NCBI GenBank assembly: GCA_016210045.1
Contig: JACQUX010000019.1
Span: 4,102-68,101, forward strand
From: Deltaproteobacteria bacterium
GTDB taxonomy: Bacteria > UBA10199 > GCA-002796325 > JACPFF01
Reading direction: 5' to 3'
Length of the DNA stretch: 64,000 bases
In this document: one piece after another, positions 8,527 to 17,496 of the stretch
Layout: each line of letters begins with the position of its first letter
How positions within the stretch are numbered: the stretch's first letter is position 1
Notes under the pieces: generated by a model
The model's input: only the letters and a program-made list of their open reading frames with translations
Told to the model about the DNA's origin: nothing
The model's database searches: none
Translations under genes and position numbers: made by a program

Positions 8527-9823
8527 GGCCTTCGACGGTGTTGTTGTCGGCGATCGGACGCGACTTGCCGTAACCGGCCGGCATGAGGCGACTCCCTTCG
8601 ATCCCCTTCTTGATCAAGTAGGCCACTACGGCCCGGGAACGTTGTTCGGAGAGTCGCTGATTATATGCATCGCCGCCGATTCCATCGGTATGGCCTTCCA
8701 CGCGGACTTGGCGAATCCCGGCGTGACGGCGCATCAGTTCGGCCACATCGTCAAGGATCGGGTACGAGACCGGACGGATTTCGCTCGAGTTAAACGCGAA
8801 GTGGATCTTTTGGCTGATGACGATTTTTTCTTCGACCTGCACATTGACGACTTCCTTGATCTTGACGATCTTCGGGGTCGGATAGCTGACGCCCAAGATG
8901 GCACGGGCTTGTGGGGCACCAACACCGCGCGTAATCCCGCCGCCGCCCATTAATGTGATCGCCAGTCCACGCGCCGCCGGCGCGCGTTGCGGAGTCCACT
9001 GAACGCCGCCGAGGATTTCCAACGGCGTCTGCGTGGACACTTTGAACGCGCTCTTCGCGACCGTTTCCACGAGCCCTTCACCCAAGATGGCCCATTCATC
9101 GGTGATCTTCACGCGCCCGCCGATCCCGAAACGGAGCAGATCGTCGATCACTGCGCTGGCGTTGCCGGCGAAATATTGGTTTTGTCCGGCCACAAATTGA
9201 TACCCGAGGTTCGCGCCCAACCACAGACGATCGTTCGGGTTGGCTTCCAGCGCAACAGTCACACCCGGCGTCCAGCGCTCGCCACTGATGAACGTGCCCC
9301 GGCGACCGCTGGCGAAGACGAAATGCGGCACGACCGCAATGCCGAAGTTATAGCGTTCGATGTCGAGCAAGCGGAATTTGGTTTCGAGACGGATGTCGCC
9401 CAGCCCCGCTTTTTGCTGCTTGGCGGCAGCGCCACCGGTCAGCAGTTGGGTGTTCGGGTCGAAGTAGACTTGCCAAAACGTGACGGGCACGGATGCGCCG
9501 ACGGTAAACCAATCGGTGATTCCGTACGAACCGACCGCAGTGCCGGAGAGTTCGTCACGGACGATGTCGAAGCGAACACCGGTCGCGGTGTTGCGCAATT
9601 GCAACGGACGGCGTCCGTAGTTGAGATAAAATCCGACGGCCCAACGGCCTTTCAGCAGCGTCTCCGCATCGTGGACGCTCATGTACCGACCGGTGTCCGT
9701 GGCGGGATCGAATAGCGAGTGGTCCGGACGCGGATCGCGAGCGGCCTGCGCAGTCAGCGGAAGCATGCCGATGAGACTCAAGATCAGCGCCCTACTCCAC
9801 ATCCCCCACCGTGTTTGTCGCAT
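8480..9823 (-). CDS. Outer-membrane beta-barrel protein with C-terminal OmpA-like peptidoglycan-binding domain
   Basis: Signal peptide (...LTAQA); C-terminal OmpA_C motifs (GHTDGIGGDAYNQRLSEQRSRAVVAYL, NRRTEF). Confidence 0.8.
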   Translation of the reverse strand: MRQTRWGMWSRALILSLIGMLPLTAQAARDPRPDHSLFDPATDTGRYMSVHDAETLLKGRWAVGFYLNYGRRPLQLRNTATGVRFDIVRDELSGTAVGSYGITDWFTVGASVPVTFWQVYFDPNTQLLTGGAAAKQQKAGLGDIRLETKFRLLDIERYNFGIAVVPHFVFASGRRGTFISGERWTPGVTVALEANPNDRLWLGANLGYQFVAGQNQYFAGNASAVIDDLLRFGIGGRVKITDEWAILGEGLVETVAKSAFKVSTQTPLEILGGVQWTPQRAPAARGLAITLMGGGGITRGVGAPQARAILGVSYPTPKIVKIKEVVNVQVEEKIVISQKIHFAFNSSEIRPVSYPILDDVAELMRRHAGIRQVRVEGHTDGIGGDAYNQRLSEQRSRAVVAYLIKKGIEGSRLMPAGYGKSRPIADNNTVEGRAKNRRTEFTVLNGD

Positions 9824-9886
9824 GTTCCGCCTCCTTAGACCGTTCCGAAAATTTCTCGGCGCATAATAGTGAGCGACTCCTAAATG

Positions 9887-10255
9887 TCAATCCGACACCG
9901 TCACAAAAGGGCGAATCTTTTCTAATACGCGCGGACCGATGCCCGAAACGGCCAGCAACGCGTCGCTGGTGGCGAACGCGCCATGCTGCGCGCGGTGTTG
10001 CACAATCCGTTCGGCCAATGCCGGACCGATGCCTGGCAGCAACGCCAACGCCGCGGCGTCGACGTGATTGATGTCGAGACGTTGCCCCAACAAGATTTGC
10101 GTCTCGGGGCGCGTCGCCGCGTGAGTTGGCAGTGTGTAGGCCTGCGGCAGTGGCGTGGCGGCCGGCGGCCACCACAGTGTGCCGGCCACCGCAACGGCCA
10201 ACAGCGTCGTCGCGGCCAGTAACGGCGACACGGAGGCCGGCCGAGCGCAGCTCAT
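9887..10255 (-). CDS. comEA: ComEA-like helix-hairpin-helix DNA-binding protein
   Basis: [29 protein letters not shown]...[15 protein letters not shown] tandem HhH motifs; signal/anchor N-terminus. Confidence 0.75.
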   Translation of the reverse strand: MSCARPASVSPLLAATTLLAVAVAGTLWWPPAATPLPQAYTLPTHAATRPETQILLGQRLDINHVDAAALALLPGIGPALAERIVQHRAQHGAFATSDALLAVSGIGPRVLEKIRPFVTVSD

Positions 10256-11478
10256 GGCTGCCTCGCCGCGTCCAGACCGAACGCGTGATGCAACGCGTTC
10301 ACGGCCGTGCGCATTTCGTGCATGTCGACGACCACGGAGACCTTAATTTCAGACGTGGAAATGAGTTGGATGTTGATCCCGGCCGCGGCCAACACATCGA
10401 ACATCCGCGCCGCAACGCCGGCGTGGGAACGCATCCCGATCCCGATAATCGAGATCTTCGAGACATCGCCGGCCGCTTGCACTTGGCGCGCGCCGATCTC
10501 CCGAGCTGCGGCTTCGCTGACCTGCATCGTCTTTTTCAAATCTTCCTTCGCAACCGTGAACGCCAACTCCGACTCCCCCGCCTCGTTCTTCGTCTGGACG
10601 ATCATGTCGACATTGATATTGGCGCGGGCCAATGGCTCGAACAGCCGTGCCGCCAGACCAGGTCGGTCGGGGATTTGCCGCACCGCGATCTTCGCTTCGT
10701 TAACGGTGTACGTCACAGCCGAGACCAAAGTAGCTTCCACACGCGGATCATCGGTTGTGACACACGTCCCCGGATCAGATGTTTCGATCGCGGAGCGGAC
10801 GTGGAGCGGGATTGCGAAGCGGGCCGCAAGCTGCACGGAGCGCATTTGCAGCACTTTTGCGCCGGCACCGGCCATTTCGAGCAGTTCTTCGTACGCCATC
10901 CGTTCAATTTTGCGCGCCTGCGGACAGACATTTGGATCGGTGGAATAAATGCCGTCCACGTCGGTGTAAATTTCGCACTGCTCGGCGTGGCAAGCCGCCG
11001 CAACTGCGACGGCCGAGGTGTCGGAACCGCCGCGCCCCAACGTGGTAATCGCGCCGTTCTCGTCGACGCCTTGAAAGCCGGGCAGTACCACGACGTGCCC
11101 CGCTTCCAATGCCTGCAAGATGGGCGTCGTCTGGATCCATTGAATGCGCGCGCGGCTAAACACGCCGTCGGTGAGGATCGGGAGTTGATAGGCCAAAAAG
11201 GAGCGCGCTCGCACTCCGCTCCGTTCCAATGCGCACGCCAACAGACCGACGGTCACTTGCTCCCCGGTGCTGACGACGACATCGGCTTCGCGTTCGTTCG
11301 GTTCCGGCGCTACGGCCTGGACCAGGCCGAGCAGTCGATCGGTTTCCCCCGCCATTGCGGAGACGACGACGACGACGCGATGCCCCGCCGCGCAAGTCGC
11401 CGCAACGTGCGCGGCGACCCGTCCGATCCGCTCCACTGAGCCGACCGACGTGCCGCCATATTTTTGTACGATCAGCAT
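10252..11478 (-). CDS. lysC: Aspartate kinase
   Basis: [15 protein letters not shown]-terminus, kinase core, two C-terminal ACT domains; 408 aa. Confidence 0.9.
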   Translation of the reverse strand: MLIVQKYGGTSVGSVERIGRVAAHVAATCAAGHRVVVVVSAMAGETDRLLGLVQAVAPEPNEREADVVVSTGEQVTVGLLACALERSGVRARSFLAYQLPILTDGVFSRARIQWIQTTPILQALEAGHVVVLPGFQGVDENGAITTLGRGGSDTSAVAVAAACHAEQCEIYTDVDGIYSTDPNVCPQARKIERMAYEELLEMAGAGAKVLQMRSVQLAARFAIPLHVRSAIETSDPGTCVTTDDPRVEATLVSAVTYTVNEAKIAVRQIPDRPGLAARLFEPLARANINVDMIVQTKNEAGESELAFTVAKEDLKKTMQVSEAAAREIGARQVQAAGDVSKISIIGIGMRSHAGVAARMFDVLAAAGINIQLISTSEIKVSVVVDMHEMRTAVNALHHAFGLDAARQP

Positions 11479-11484
11479 GATCTG

Positions 11485-12186
11485 TTATTTCGCCGGCATT
11501 TCGGTGACGAACAAGCGTTCCACCACTTCATACGTATCGGGATCGATGTAGCGATCTGCGGCGCTGATCCCGGTCCCCTCGACCATGGCTTGATGGATCA
11601 CCACGTCGGCGTAGTCTTCCAAACGGATCTTACTCTGCAACTCCGGCCGATCGCGCAACACCGGTTGGAGGATCCGTTGCACCGGCACCGCGATCCGTTG
11701 CACGCGATACCCGCGCTGCTCATAGAATTCAATGAAATCCTGTAATGAGTTCGTGGCCAAATAAATCTTCGCGTCCGGGACCCGCCCCATATCGCCGCCG
11801 TAGGCCTCGGCCATCTTTTCCTTTAGACGTTGCGTTAAGTCCTCGGCCATAAACGCACCCGGCGGGATCGGTGGCGGCTTGCTGGTCGCTAAATCGGTCA
11901 GCAGCTCGTCCGGTTCCGGCGTGGTCGGGAGCCGCACCGGTGGTTTCACCGGCGGCGTCGGCTCGTGTTTCGCGACGGTAACGGGCGGTTTCACTGGTGG
12001 GGTCGGTGGGGGCGGCGGCGGCTCCGGCTGCGGGAGTTGCAACACCAACGCCGGACTTTCCACCGTTGTCACCCGATCCCGCCCCGCCCACGGACAGCCG
12101 GAACAGGAGGGAAGGAGGGAAAGGCAAAGTGCAAAATGCAAAATGCAAAGTGCAAAATGACGGATCGGGGTCCGCCAATTTTGCAT
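11485..12186 (-). CDS. Secreted/lipoprotein with Pro-rich linker (PEPPPPPPTPPVKPPV...) and an uncharacterised C-terminal domain
   Basis: Signal-like N-terminus (HFALCILHFALCLSLLPSCSGC) encoded by the heptad palindrome; Pro-rich spacer. Start uncertain (12186 or 12207). Confidence 0.55.
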   Translation of the reverse strand: MQNWRTPIRHFALCILHFALCLSLLPSCSGCPWAGRDRVTTVESPALVLQLPQPEPPPPPPTPPVKPPVTVAKHEPTPPVKPPVRLPTTPEPDELLTDLATSKPPPIPPGAFMAEDLTQRLKEKMAEAYGGDMGRVPDAKIYLATNSLQDFIEFYEQRGYRVQRIAVPVQRILQPVLRDRPELQSKIRLEDYADVVIHQAMVEGTGISAADRYIDPDTYEVVERLFVTEMPAK

Positions 12187-12215
12187 TTTGATTTTTGCAT
12201 TTTGCATTTTGCAAT
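12124..12215. repeat. AT-rich imperfect palindrome built from TGCAAAA heptad repeats (4-5 units per arm, 20-nt spacer)
   Basis: Read directly: GCAAAGTGCAAAATGCAAAATGCAAAGTGCAAAATGA ... TTTTGCATTTTGATTTTTGCATTTTGCATTTTGCAAT. Confidence 0.85.
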
Positions 12216-12345
12216 ACCCGCCATTACCCCCGCTTCGGCGTCACCTTATGGACCGCAAACCCCGCCGCATCGATTCGCTCGCACCGGCACAGCCGGATGC
12301 TCGCTAAAGTCGGGGGAAGCCCCGCTCCCCCCGACCCCCCCCATC

Positions 12346-13731
12346 TTAGGGGCGTTTCGGCCCCACTTTATGCACGGCAAACCCTGCCGCATCTTCGACG
12401 GCTTCTTTTACCACTTCGCTCAAGGTGGGGTGGGAGAAAATGGTGTGGGCGACGTCTTCGACGCTCAGGCGCTGCTGGATCGCGAGACAGAGTTGCTGTC
12501 CGAGATCCGTGGCCTCCGCACCGATCACATGGCCGCCGAGCAGCACGCCATTTTCATCGGTGTAGACTTGGGCCGCGCCGTCGGTTTCACCGGCGCACAG
12601 GGCCTTGCCGACCGCGGCATAGGTAAAGCGGCCGGTTTTGTAGCGCACGCCGGCGGCTTGTAGGCCTTTTTCCGTTTCGCCCACCGCGCAGACTTCCGGC
12701 GTCGTAAACACGGGACGCGGGACGGCGTGATAATCCATCGTGACGTGACCGCCCAAACAATTCTTGACCGCCACTTCGGCCTCCGCCGATGCGACGTGCG
12801 CCAGCATCATCCCGCCGACGACGTCGCCGATGGCGTAGATGCCCGGCACGGTGGTTTGCATCCCGGCATCGACCGGAATGAAGCCGCGTTCATTCAGCAA
12901 GCCTAACGCCTCGGCGCCGAGCCCTTCGGTGTATGGTTTGCGTCCCACCGACACCAACACGCGATCTGCCTCGACACGCGTCCCATTCGCCAACGTGGCG
13001 GCTGCGCCATTGGTCGTCTCCAGCTGCTCGACCGTGGTGCCGGTGTGCACCGTAATACCGCGCTTGGCGAAGCTGCGCGCCAACGTGCGGCCGATGACTA
13101 AGTCTTCGCCGGGCAGCAGACTTTCCGTCGCTTCGACCAGTGTCACTGCGGCGCCGAACGATTGCATCATGCTCGCAAACTCGCAGCCGATAATGCCTCC
13201 GCCGATGATCAGGAGTCGCGCCGGGACGTGTTGCCATTCCAACATGTGATCGCTAACCACCACGGTCGTGCCGTCGATCGGCAATCCCGGCAGCGTGCGC
13301 CACGTCGAGCCGGTGGCAATGATGATATTTTTCGCCGCCAACGTGTCGCCGTTGACGACCACTTGACCCGCTGCAGGGATGCTGGCCGTGCCGCGAATCA
13401 GTTCGACGCCGTGCCCTTTTAACAGCTGCTCCACGCCCCCGCGCAACATCGTGACGATCTTGTTTTTCCGTTCCATCAGCGCGGCCACGTTGATGCCGAG
13501 CGCGGCCGGATCGACCCCTTGCACGCCGAATGTCGCCGCATGTCGCACCGCTTCGAGCCGCGTCGCACTGGCAATCAAGGCCTTGCTCGGAATGCAGCCG
13601 ACATTCAGACACGTCCCGCCGGCGTGGCCCTTTTCGACTACCGCCACGCGTTCCGCCCCATACTGCCGTGCCCGAATGGCTGCCACATAGCCCCCCGGAC
13701 CCGCGCCCACCACAATCAGATCATAGCTCAT
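12346..13731 (-). CDS. lpdA: Dihydrolipoyl dehydrogenase (E3)
   Basis: MSYDLIVVGAGPGGY FAD motif, redox-active CLNVGCIPSK disulfide, NAD-binding and dimerisation regions; 461 aa. Confidence 0.9.
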   Translation of the reverse strand: MSYDLIVVGAGPGGYVAAIRARQYGAERVAVVEKGHAGGTCLNVGCIPSKALIASATRLEAVRHAATFGVQGVDPAALGINVAALMERKNKIVTMLRGGVEQLLKGHGVELIRGTASIPAAGQVVVNGDTLAAKNIIIATGSTWRTLPGLPIDGTTVVVSDHMLEWQHVPARLLIIGGGIIGCEFASMMQSFGAAVTLVEATESLLPGEDLVIGRTLARSFAKRGITVHTGTTVEQLETTNGAAATLANGTRVEADRVLVSVGRKPYTEGLGAEALGLLNERGFIPVDAGMQTTVPGIYAIGDVVGGMMLAHVASAEAEVAVKNCLGGHVTMDYHAVPRPVFTTPEVCAVGETEKGLQAAGVRYKTGRFTYAAVGKALCAGETDGAAQVYTDENGVLLGGHVIGAEATDLGQQLCLAIQQRLSVEDVAHTIFSHPTLSEVVKEAVEDAAGFAVHKVGPKRP

Positions 13732-13852
13732 AGGTCATCCCTCCCGAATTGAGGCGGCACGAAGTAGCGTGCGCGCCGGAAAAATACCAGGAGAAATATT
13801 GGGAAGGCCAGCGGATTGCGTCCGCCCGGAGCTCGTGCTAGGCGCAACGGCA

Positions 13853-15472
13853 ATGCCCCACCGTTCCATCATCCACACCGATCTGCTGGTGCTCGGTTCC
13901 GGCGTCGCGGGTTTGAGCCTCGCGCTCAGCGTGGCCGACCAGATGCGCGTCGTCGTGGCCGCTAAATGCGCCGCGGCGGAGACCAATACCAATTATGCCC
14001 AAGGCGGCATTGCCGCCGCGTTAGCGGGCGAAGCGGCGATTACAGGACACATCCGCGACACTTGCGAATCCGGCGACGGACTCTGCCACGCGGATGCCGT
14101 GCGAACCATCATCCAGGAATCCGCCGCGGCGATCGATCAACTCACGGCGTGGGGCGTCGATTTCGCCCGCACGACGCGCGGTGATTTCGATTTGGCCCGC
14201 GAAGGCGGTCATGGCGAACGGCGTATCTTGCATGCTGGCGACCGCACCGGCCACTCCATTCAACAAGCGTTACTGGACCGCGCGATGCAGCATCCGCGGA
14301 TCACCCTCCTCCCGTTGCATAGCGCCGTCGATTTGATCACCAATCGCACGTTGGCGCGCGCGGCACCGCCGGATGAACGCCCCATGCCGACACACGTCTA
14401 TGGCGCTTATCTCCTCGATCGCGGACGGAACACGGTGAAGACCATCGCGGCCCGCGCAGTCTGTCTGGCCACTGGCGGGGCCGGCAAGGTCTATCTCTAC
14501 ACCACGAACCCCGATGTGGCGTGCGGCGACGGAATCGCGATGGCCTATCGGGCCGGCGCGGCGGTCGCAAATTTAGAATTCATGCAATTTCATCCGACGT
14601 GTCTCTTTCATCCCGCGGCGAAGTCGTTCCTGATCTCCGAAGCGGTGCGCGGCGAAGGCGGGCTGCTGCGATTAGTTACCGGCGAACGTTTCATGGCCCG
14701 CTACGACGCCCGCGGCGAACTCGCCACGCGCGACATCGTGGCGCGAGCCATCGACGCGGAGTTGAAACATCACGGCCACGACTATGTCGTGCTCGACATC
14801 AGCCATCGACCGGCGGACTTTGTTCGCGAACGCTTCCCGTCAATTTATGCCACCTGTCTGCGTTACGGGATCGACATCACCACGCAGCCGATCCCGGTCG
14901 TGCCGGCGGCGCACTATTTGTGCGGCGGTGTCGTCACTGATCTCCGCGCGCGTACCAACCTCGATGGGCTGCTGGCCTGCGGCGAAGTGGCCCACACCGG
15001 ACTGCACGGCGCCAATCGTTTGGCATCCAATTCGCTGCTGGAAGGCATCGTAATGGCCCGGCGCGCCGCTGAAACTGTGCGTTTACGGCTGGCCGCAGCG
15101 CGGCCGGCAGAGCCGGAGATCCCGTTGTGGGACGCCGGCGGCGCCACAGACTCCGACGAAAGCGTCGTCATCTCCCACAACTGGGACGAGATTCGGCGCA
15201 CCATGTGGAACTACGTCGGAATCGTCCGCTCCGACAAACGCTTAGCCCGCGCCGCCGCGCGGCTGGCGTTGTTGCAACAAGAGATTCAAGAATATTACTG
15301 GAACTTCACGGTCACGAACGACTTGATCGAACTGCGCAACATCGCGTTAGTCGCCCAACTGATGGTCCAATGCGCCCAACAGCGCCGCGAAAGCCGCGGC
15401 CTCCACTACAACCTCACCACCCCCCAAAAACTCCCCACCGCCGCAGACACCGTATTGCGCCGGTTTGCATAA
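13853..15472 (+). CDS. nadB: L-aspartate oxidase
   Basis: HTDLLVLGSGVAGLS FAD-binding N-terminus; succinate dehydrogenase/fumarate reductase flavoprotein-like core (HYxxGG). Start taken at MPHRS. Confidence 0.85.
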   Translation: MPHRSIIHTDLLVLGSGVAGLSLALSVADQMRVVVAAKCAAAETNTNYAQGGIAAALAGEAAITGHIRDTCESGDGLCHADAVRTIIQESAAAIDQLTAWGVDFARTTRGDFDLAREGGHGERRILHAGDRTGHSIQQALLDRAMQHPRITLLPLHSAVDLITNRTLARAAPPDERPMPTHVYGAYLLDRGRNTVKTIAARAVCLATGGAGKVYLYTTNPDVACGDGIAMAYRAGAAVANLEFMQFHPTCLFHPAAKSFLISEAVRGEGGLLRLVTGERFMARYDARGELATRDIVARAIDAELKHHGHDYVVLDISHRPADFVRERFPSIYATCLRYGIDITTQPIPVVPAAHYLCGGVVTDLRARTNLDGLLACGEVAHTGLHGANRLASNSLLEGIVMARRAAETVRLRLAAARPAEPEIPLWDAGGATDSDESVVISHNWDEIRRTMWNYVGIVRSDKRLARAAARLALLQQEIQEYYWNFTVTNDLIELRNIALVAQLMVQCAQQRRESRGLHYNLTTPQKLPTAADTVLRRFA

Positions 15473-15508
15473 CCATGCACCACGCATGCGTGTGAACATT
15501 TTATTCCG

Positions 15509-15649
15509 CAAGGGGCGGGGAAGCGCCCCTCGGGCCGTTCGCCTCGCGTTACGGCGCTCGACTCACTGAGACCTCGCTCGGTCGGGCTTCAACACCATCG
15601 TGCTCCCTCGCTCAGACTCGCCCGATGGGCACTCCCCCGCCCCTTACGG
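15509..15649. mobile_element. MITE-like element, copy A (about 141 bp) with 11-bp terminal inverted repeats AAGGGGCGGGG...CCCCGCCCCTT
   Basis: About 90% identical to the reverse complement of 17238-17460, minus an ~85-bp internal segment. Confidence 0.8.
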
Positions 15650-15676
15650 AGCCTCTTTCCACTTTGCAAAGTTTTC

Positions 15677-16552
15677 TCACTTGGCTCGATTGTCTTGCAA
15701 GGACTTCACATCAAACAGCTCTTCCGCTCGCTGAAAGTCGAGTTTCCTGAATTGGTGTTTTGCGGGTTGGGGACTGCTCACAATCCATTCGACTGAGAGT
15801 TGATTGCCCTCGGGCGGCCATTTAGTTAACCGCACAAAGGGCACGGTGGGCAGTCCTGCAATATCAAATCGTTTTGCCGGCGCTGGGTGCAACACCCCAA
15901 AAACCGAACAGTGGTCGTTGAGCAGTGCAGCAAGGAGCAGCGCTGAAATGCTTTGGCGGCACGGCTCGATGGCGCCATTCTTCGGTCTAATGAATACAGA
16001 TTCTTGTAAGTGAGTGACCTGCGAAAAACACTCCGTGGGTGAATTGATCGGGACGGATAGGAGCGTATCGCTGAGGAGAGCCGCTTGCGCCGCATGACGG
16101 CCAAACAAAACGTCACAACCAGGGTGACTGGTCGCAATAGCCAGGATGCGGGGCATAGGCGAATTCTTAAATTGGGGAGCCTTATCGGAAGCTTTTTGTC
16201 GAATTTTCGCCGTGCAGAAATTAAAATCGAAAGTTTCGCCGTTGTCTGGAATGTCATTGTTCCAATCCGACGCTCTGACCACGCTCTCTTCTTCAAGAGC
16301 CGTCACTTCCACAAGAAACCGGTTCCCGTTTGTTGTGCAAAGAAAATCAGGGCCGCCAGTTCCTCGTGTTTCATGAGGTTCGACCCTATTGCAGTGCGCT
16401 TGGAGGAAAGCAAACAGCGCCGCCTCAGCTCTTCCGGACTCAGGAGCAGCTTTATTGCGGTCGTAGTAAGGTTTAGAGAGATTGGGATAGTATTTGCGAA
16501 GATAGGCGCCATATAAGTCGACTGCCGCATCAAGGGTGCTTTCTTCCCACAT
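15677..16552 (-). CDS. Hypothetical protein, 291 aa, low-GC cargo gene (possible PD-(D/E)xK-like PDF...LVEVT segment, speculative)
   Basis: Long ORF in a region about 12-15% lower in GC than its surroundings, so probably genuine and foreign; no recognisable family. Confidence 0.55.
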   Translation of the reverse strand: MWEESTLDAAVDLYGAYLRKYYPNLSKPYYDRNKAAPESGRAEAALFAFLQAHCNRVEPHETRGTGGPDFLCTTNGNRFLVEVTALEEESVVRASDWNNDIPDNGETFDFNFCTAKIRQKASDKAPQFKNSPMPRILAIATSHPGCDVLFGRHAAQAALLSDTLLSVPINSPTECFSQVTHLQESVFIRPKNGAIEPCRQSISALLLAALLNDHCSVFGVLHPAPAKRFDIAGLPTVPFVRLTKWPPEGNQLSVEWIVSSPQPAKHQFRKLDFQRAEELFDVKSLQDNRAK

Positions 16553-16664
16553 GTTTCGCCTTTACCCCTACGCCATCAAACCCGCAAGAGTAGCGAAGCA
16601 GGCGACTGCACTCCTCAACAGATTTTGTCTATAGGAAATGGGCGACACATTCTCCAGCGGGCCG

Positions 16665-17183
16665 TTAAGGCAACAGAAAGCCGCGTACGCTGAGGTCTTC
16701 ATTCAGGTCGGGCCAGTGAATGCCGTAGCCGCCCGGGGCTAATTCAAAATGGTCCAGTTGCTGCCGCGACGCCGTTGCCAGACGCGGGTACCACGCCAGC
16801 GGAACGGCGATCTCCCGACCGTCGCTCACTTGCACGCGCATGGCATCATCCGTGAATGTCACACGCACAATACTGGGCAAACGACCATTCGTATCGTTGT
16901 CTAGATTTGAAGAGAACATCCGACTCCTGCTTGATTTCGTCGAGGTGACGGTTGGTGAGAGCCTTTGTTCTGCACAATTTTTGATAAATTTCTCCCACCA
17001 CCATTTCGACAGAATGAATGCTCCAGGGGTAGTAAGAATTGAAAGATATGCGAAAAGCGCAATCGTATCACCATCACCAGCCAAATCCCCAGTTTCTCCG
17101 ATTGCTCCTAAGATGCCTAATCCAAAAAGAAGTAGCGGTAGCCACAGAACATAAACCCCAACCAACGTAAAATACTCTTTCAT
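16665..17183 (-). CDS. Membrane-anchored DUF2442-domain protein (2 TM helices + C-terminal DUF2442)
   Basis: C-terminal RVTFTDDAMRVQVSDGREIAVPLAWYPRL...GYGIHWPDLNEDLSV matches the DUF2442 signature. The AT-rich N-terminal 90 codons encode two hydrophobic helices. The ORF-track start at 17324 runs into the MITE. Confidence 0.65.
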   Translation of the reverse strand: MKEYFTLVGVYVLWLPLLLFGLGILGAIGETGDLAGDGDTIALFAYLSILTTPGAFILSKWWWEKFIKNCAEQRLSPTVTSTKSSRSRMFSSNLDNDTNGRLPSIVRVTFTDDAMRVQVSDGREIAVPLAWYPRLATASRQQLDHFELAPGGYGIHWPDLNEDLSVRGFLLP

Positions 17184-17237
17184 AAGGAATCCCCTCCTAT
17201 CGATGACCAATCGATGACCAAGGGGAAAAATTGGGCC

Positions 17238-17460
17238 CCGGAAGGGGCGGGGGCGTGACCCTCGGGCGAGTCTGAGCGGGTAAGGACGCCATCGCGCAGC
17301 GATGGCCTGGTCCGCGGCAGTCATGTCGGAAACGCAACGCGTTTCCGTCCTTTGTTCAGAGCACTATGGTGTTGAAGCTCGACCGAGCGAGGTCTCAGTG
17401 AGCCGAGCGCCGTAACGCGAGGCGAGCGGCCAGAGGGCCACACCCCCGCCCCTTCCGGGG
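17238..17460. mobile_element. MITE-like element, copy B (about 223 bp), inverted relative to copy A
   Basis: Termini GGAAGGGGCGGGGG...CCCCCGCCCCTTCC; internal GGAAACGCGTTGCGTTTCC hairpin, which is absent from copy A. Confidence 0.8.
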
Positions 17461-17496
17461 CACCGACTCTTCCAACGAGATTTCCCTTTGTTCCGA

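Noticed and set aside
12124-12215. CRISPR array or alternative-frame ORF MQNAKCKNQNAK (11729-12214)
   Set aside because: Only one about 90-bp palindromic block of 7-nt units with no unique spacers of CRISPR size. The alternative frame is a by-product of the repeat.
17184-17324. Start of the DUF2442 ORF at 17324
   Set aside because: That part translates the MITE-like element B (Arg/Pro-rich nonsense); the first plausible Met is MKEYF at 17183.
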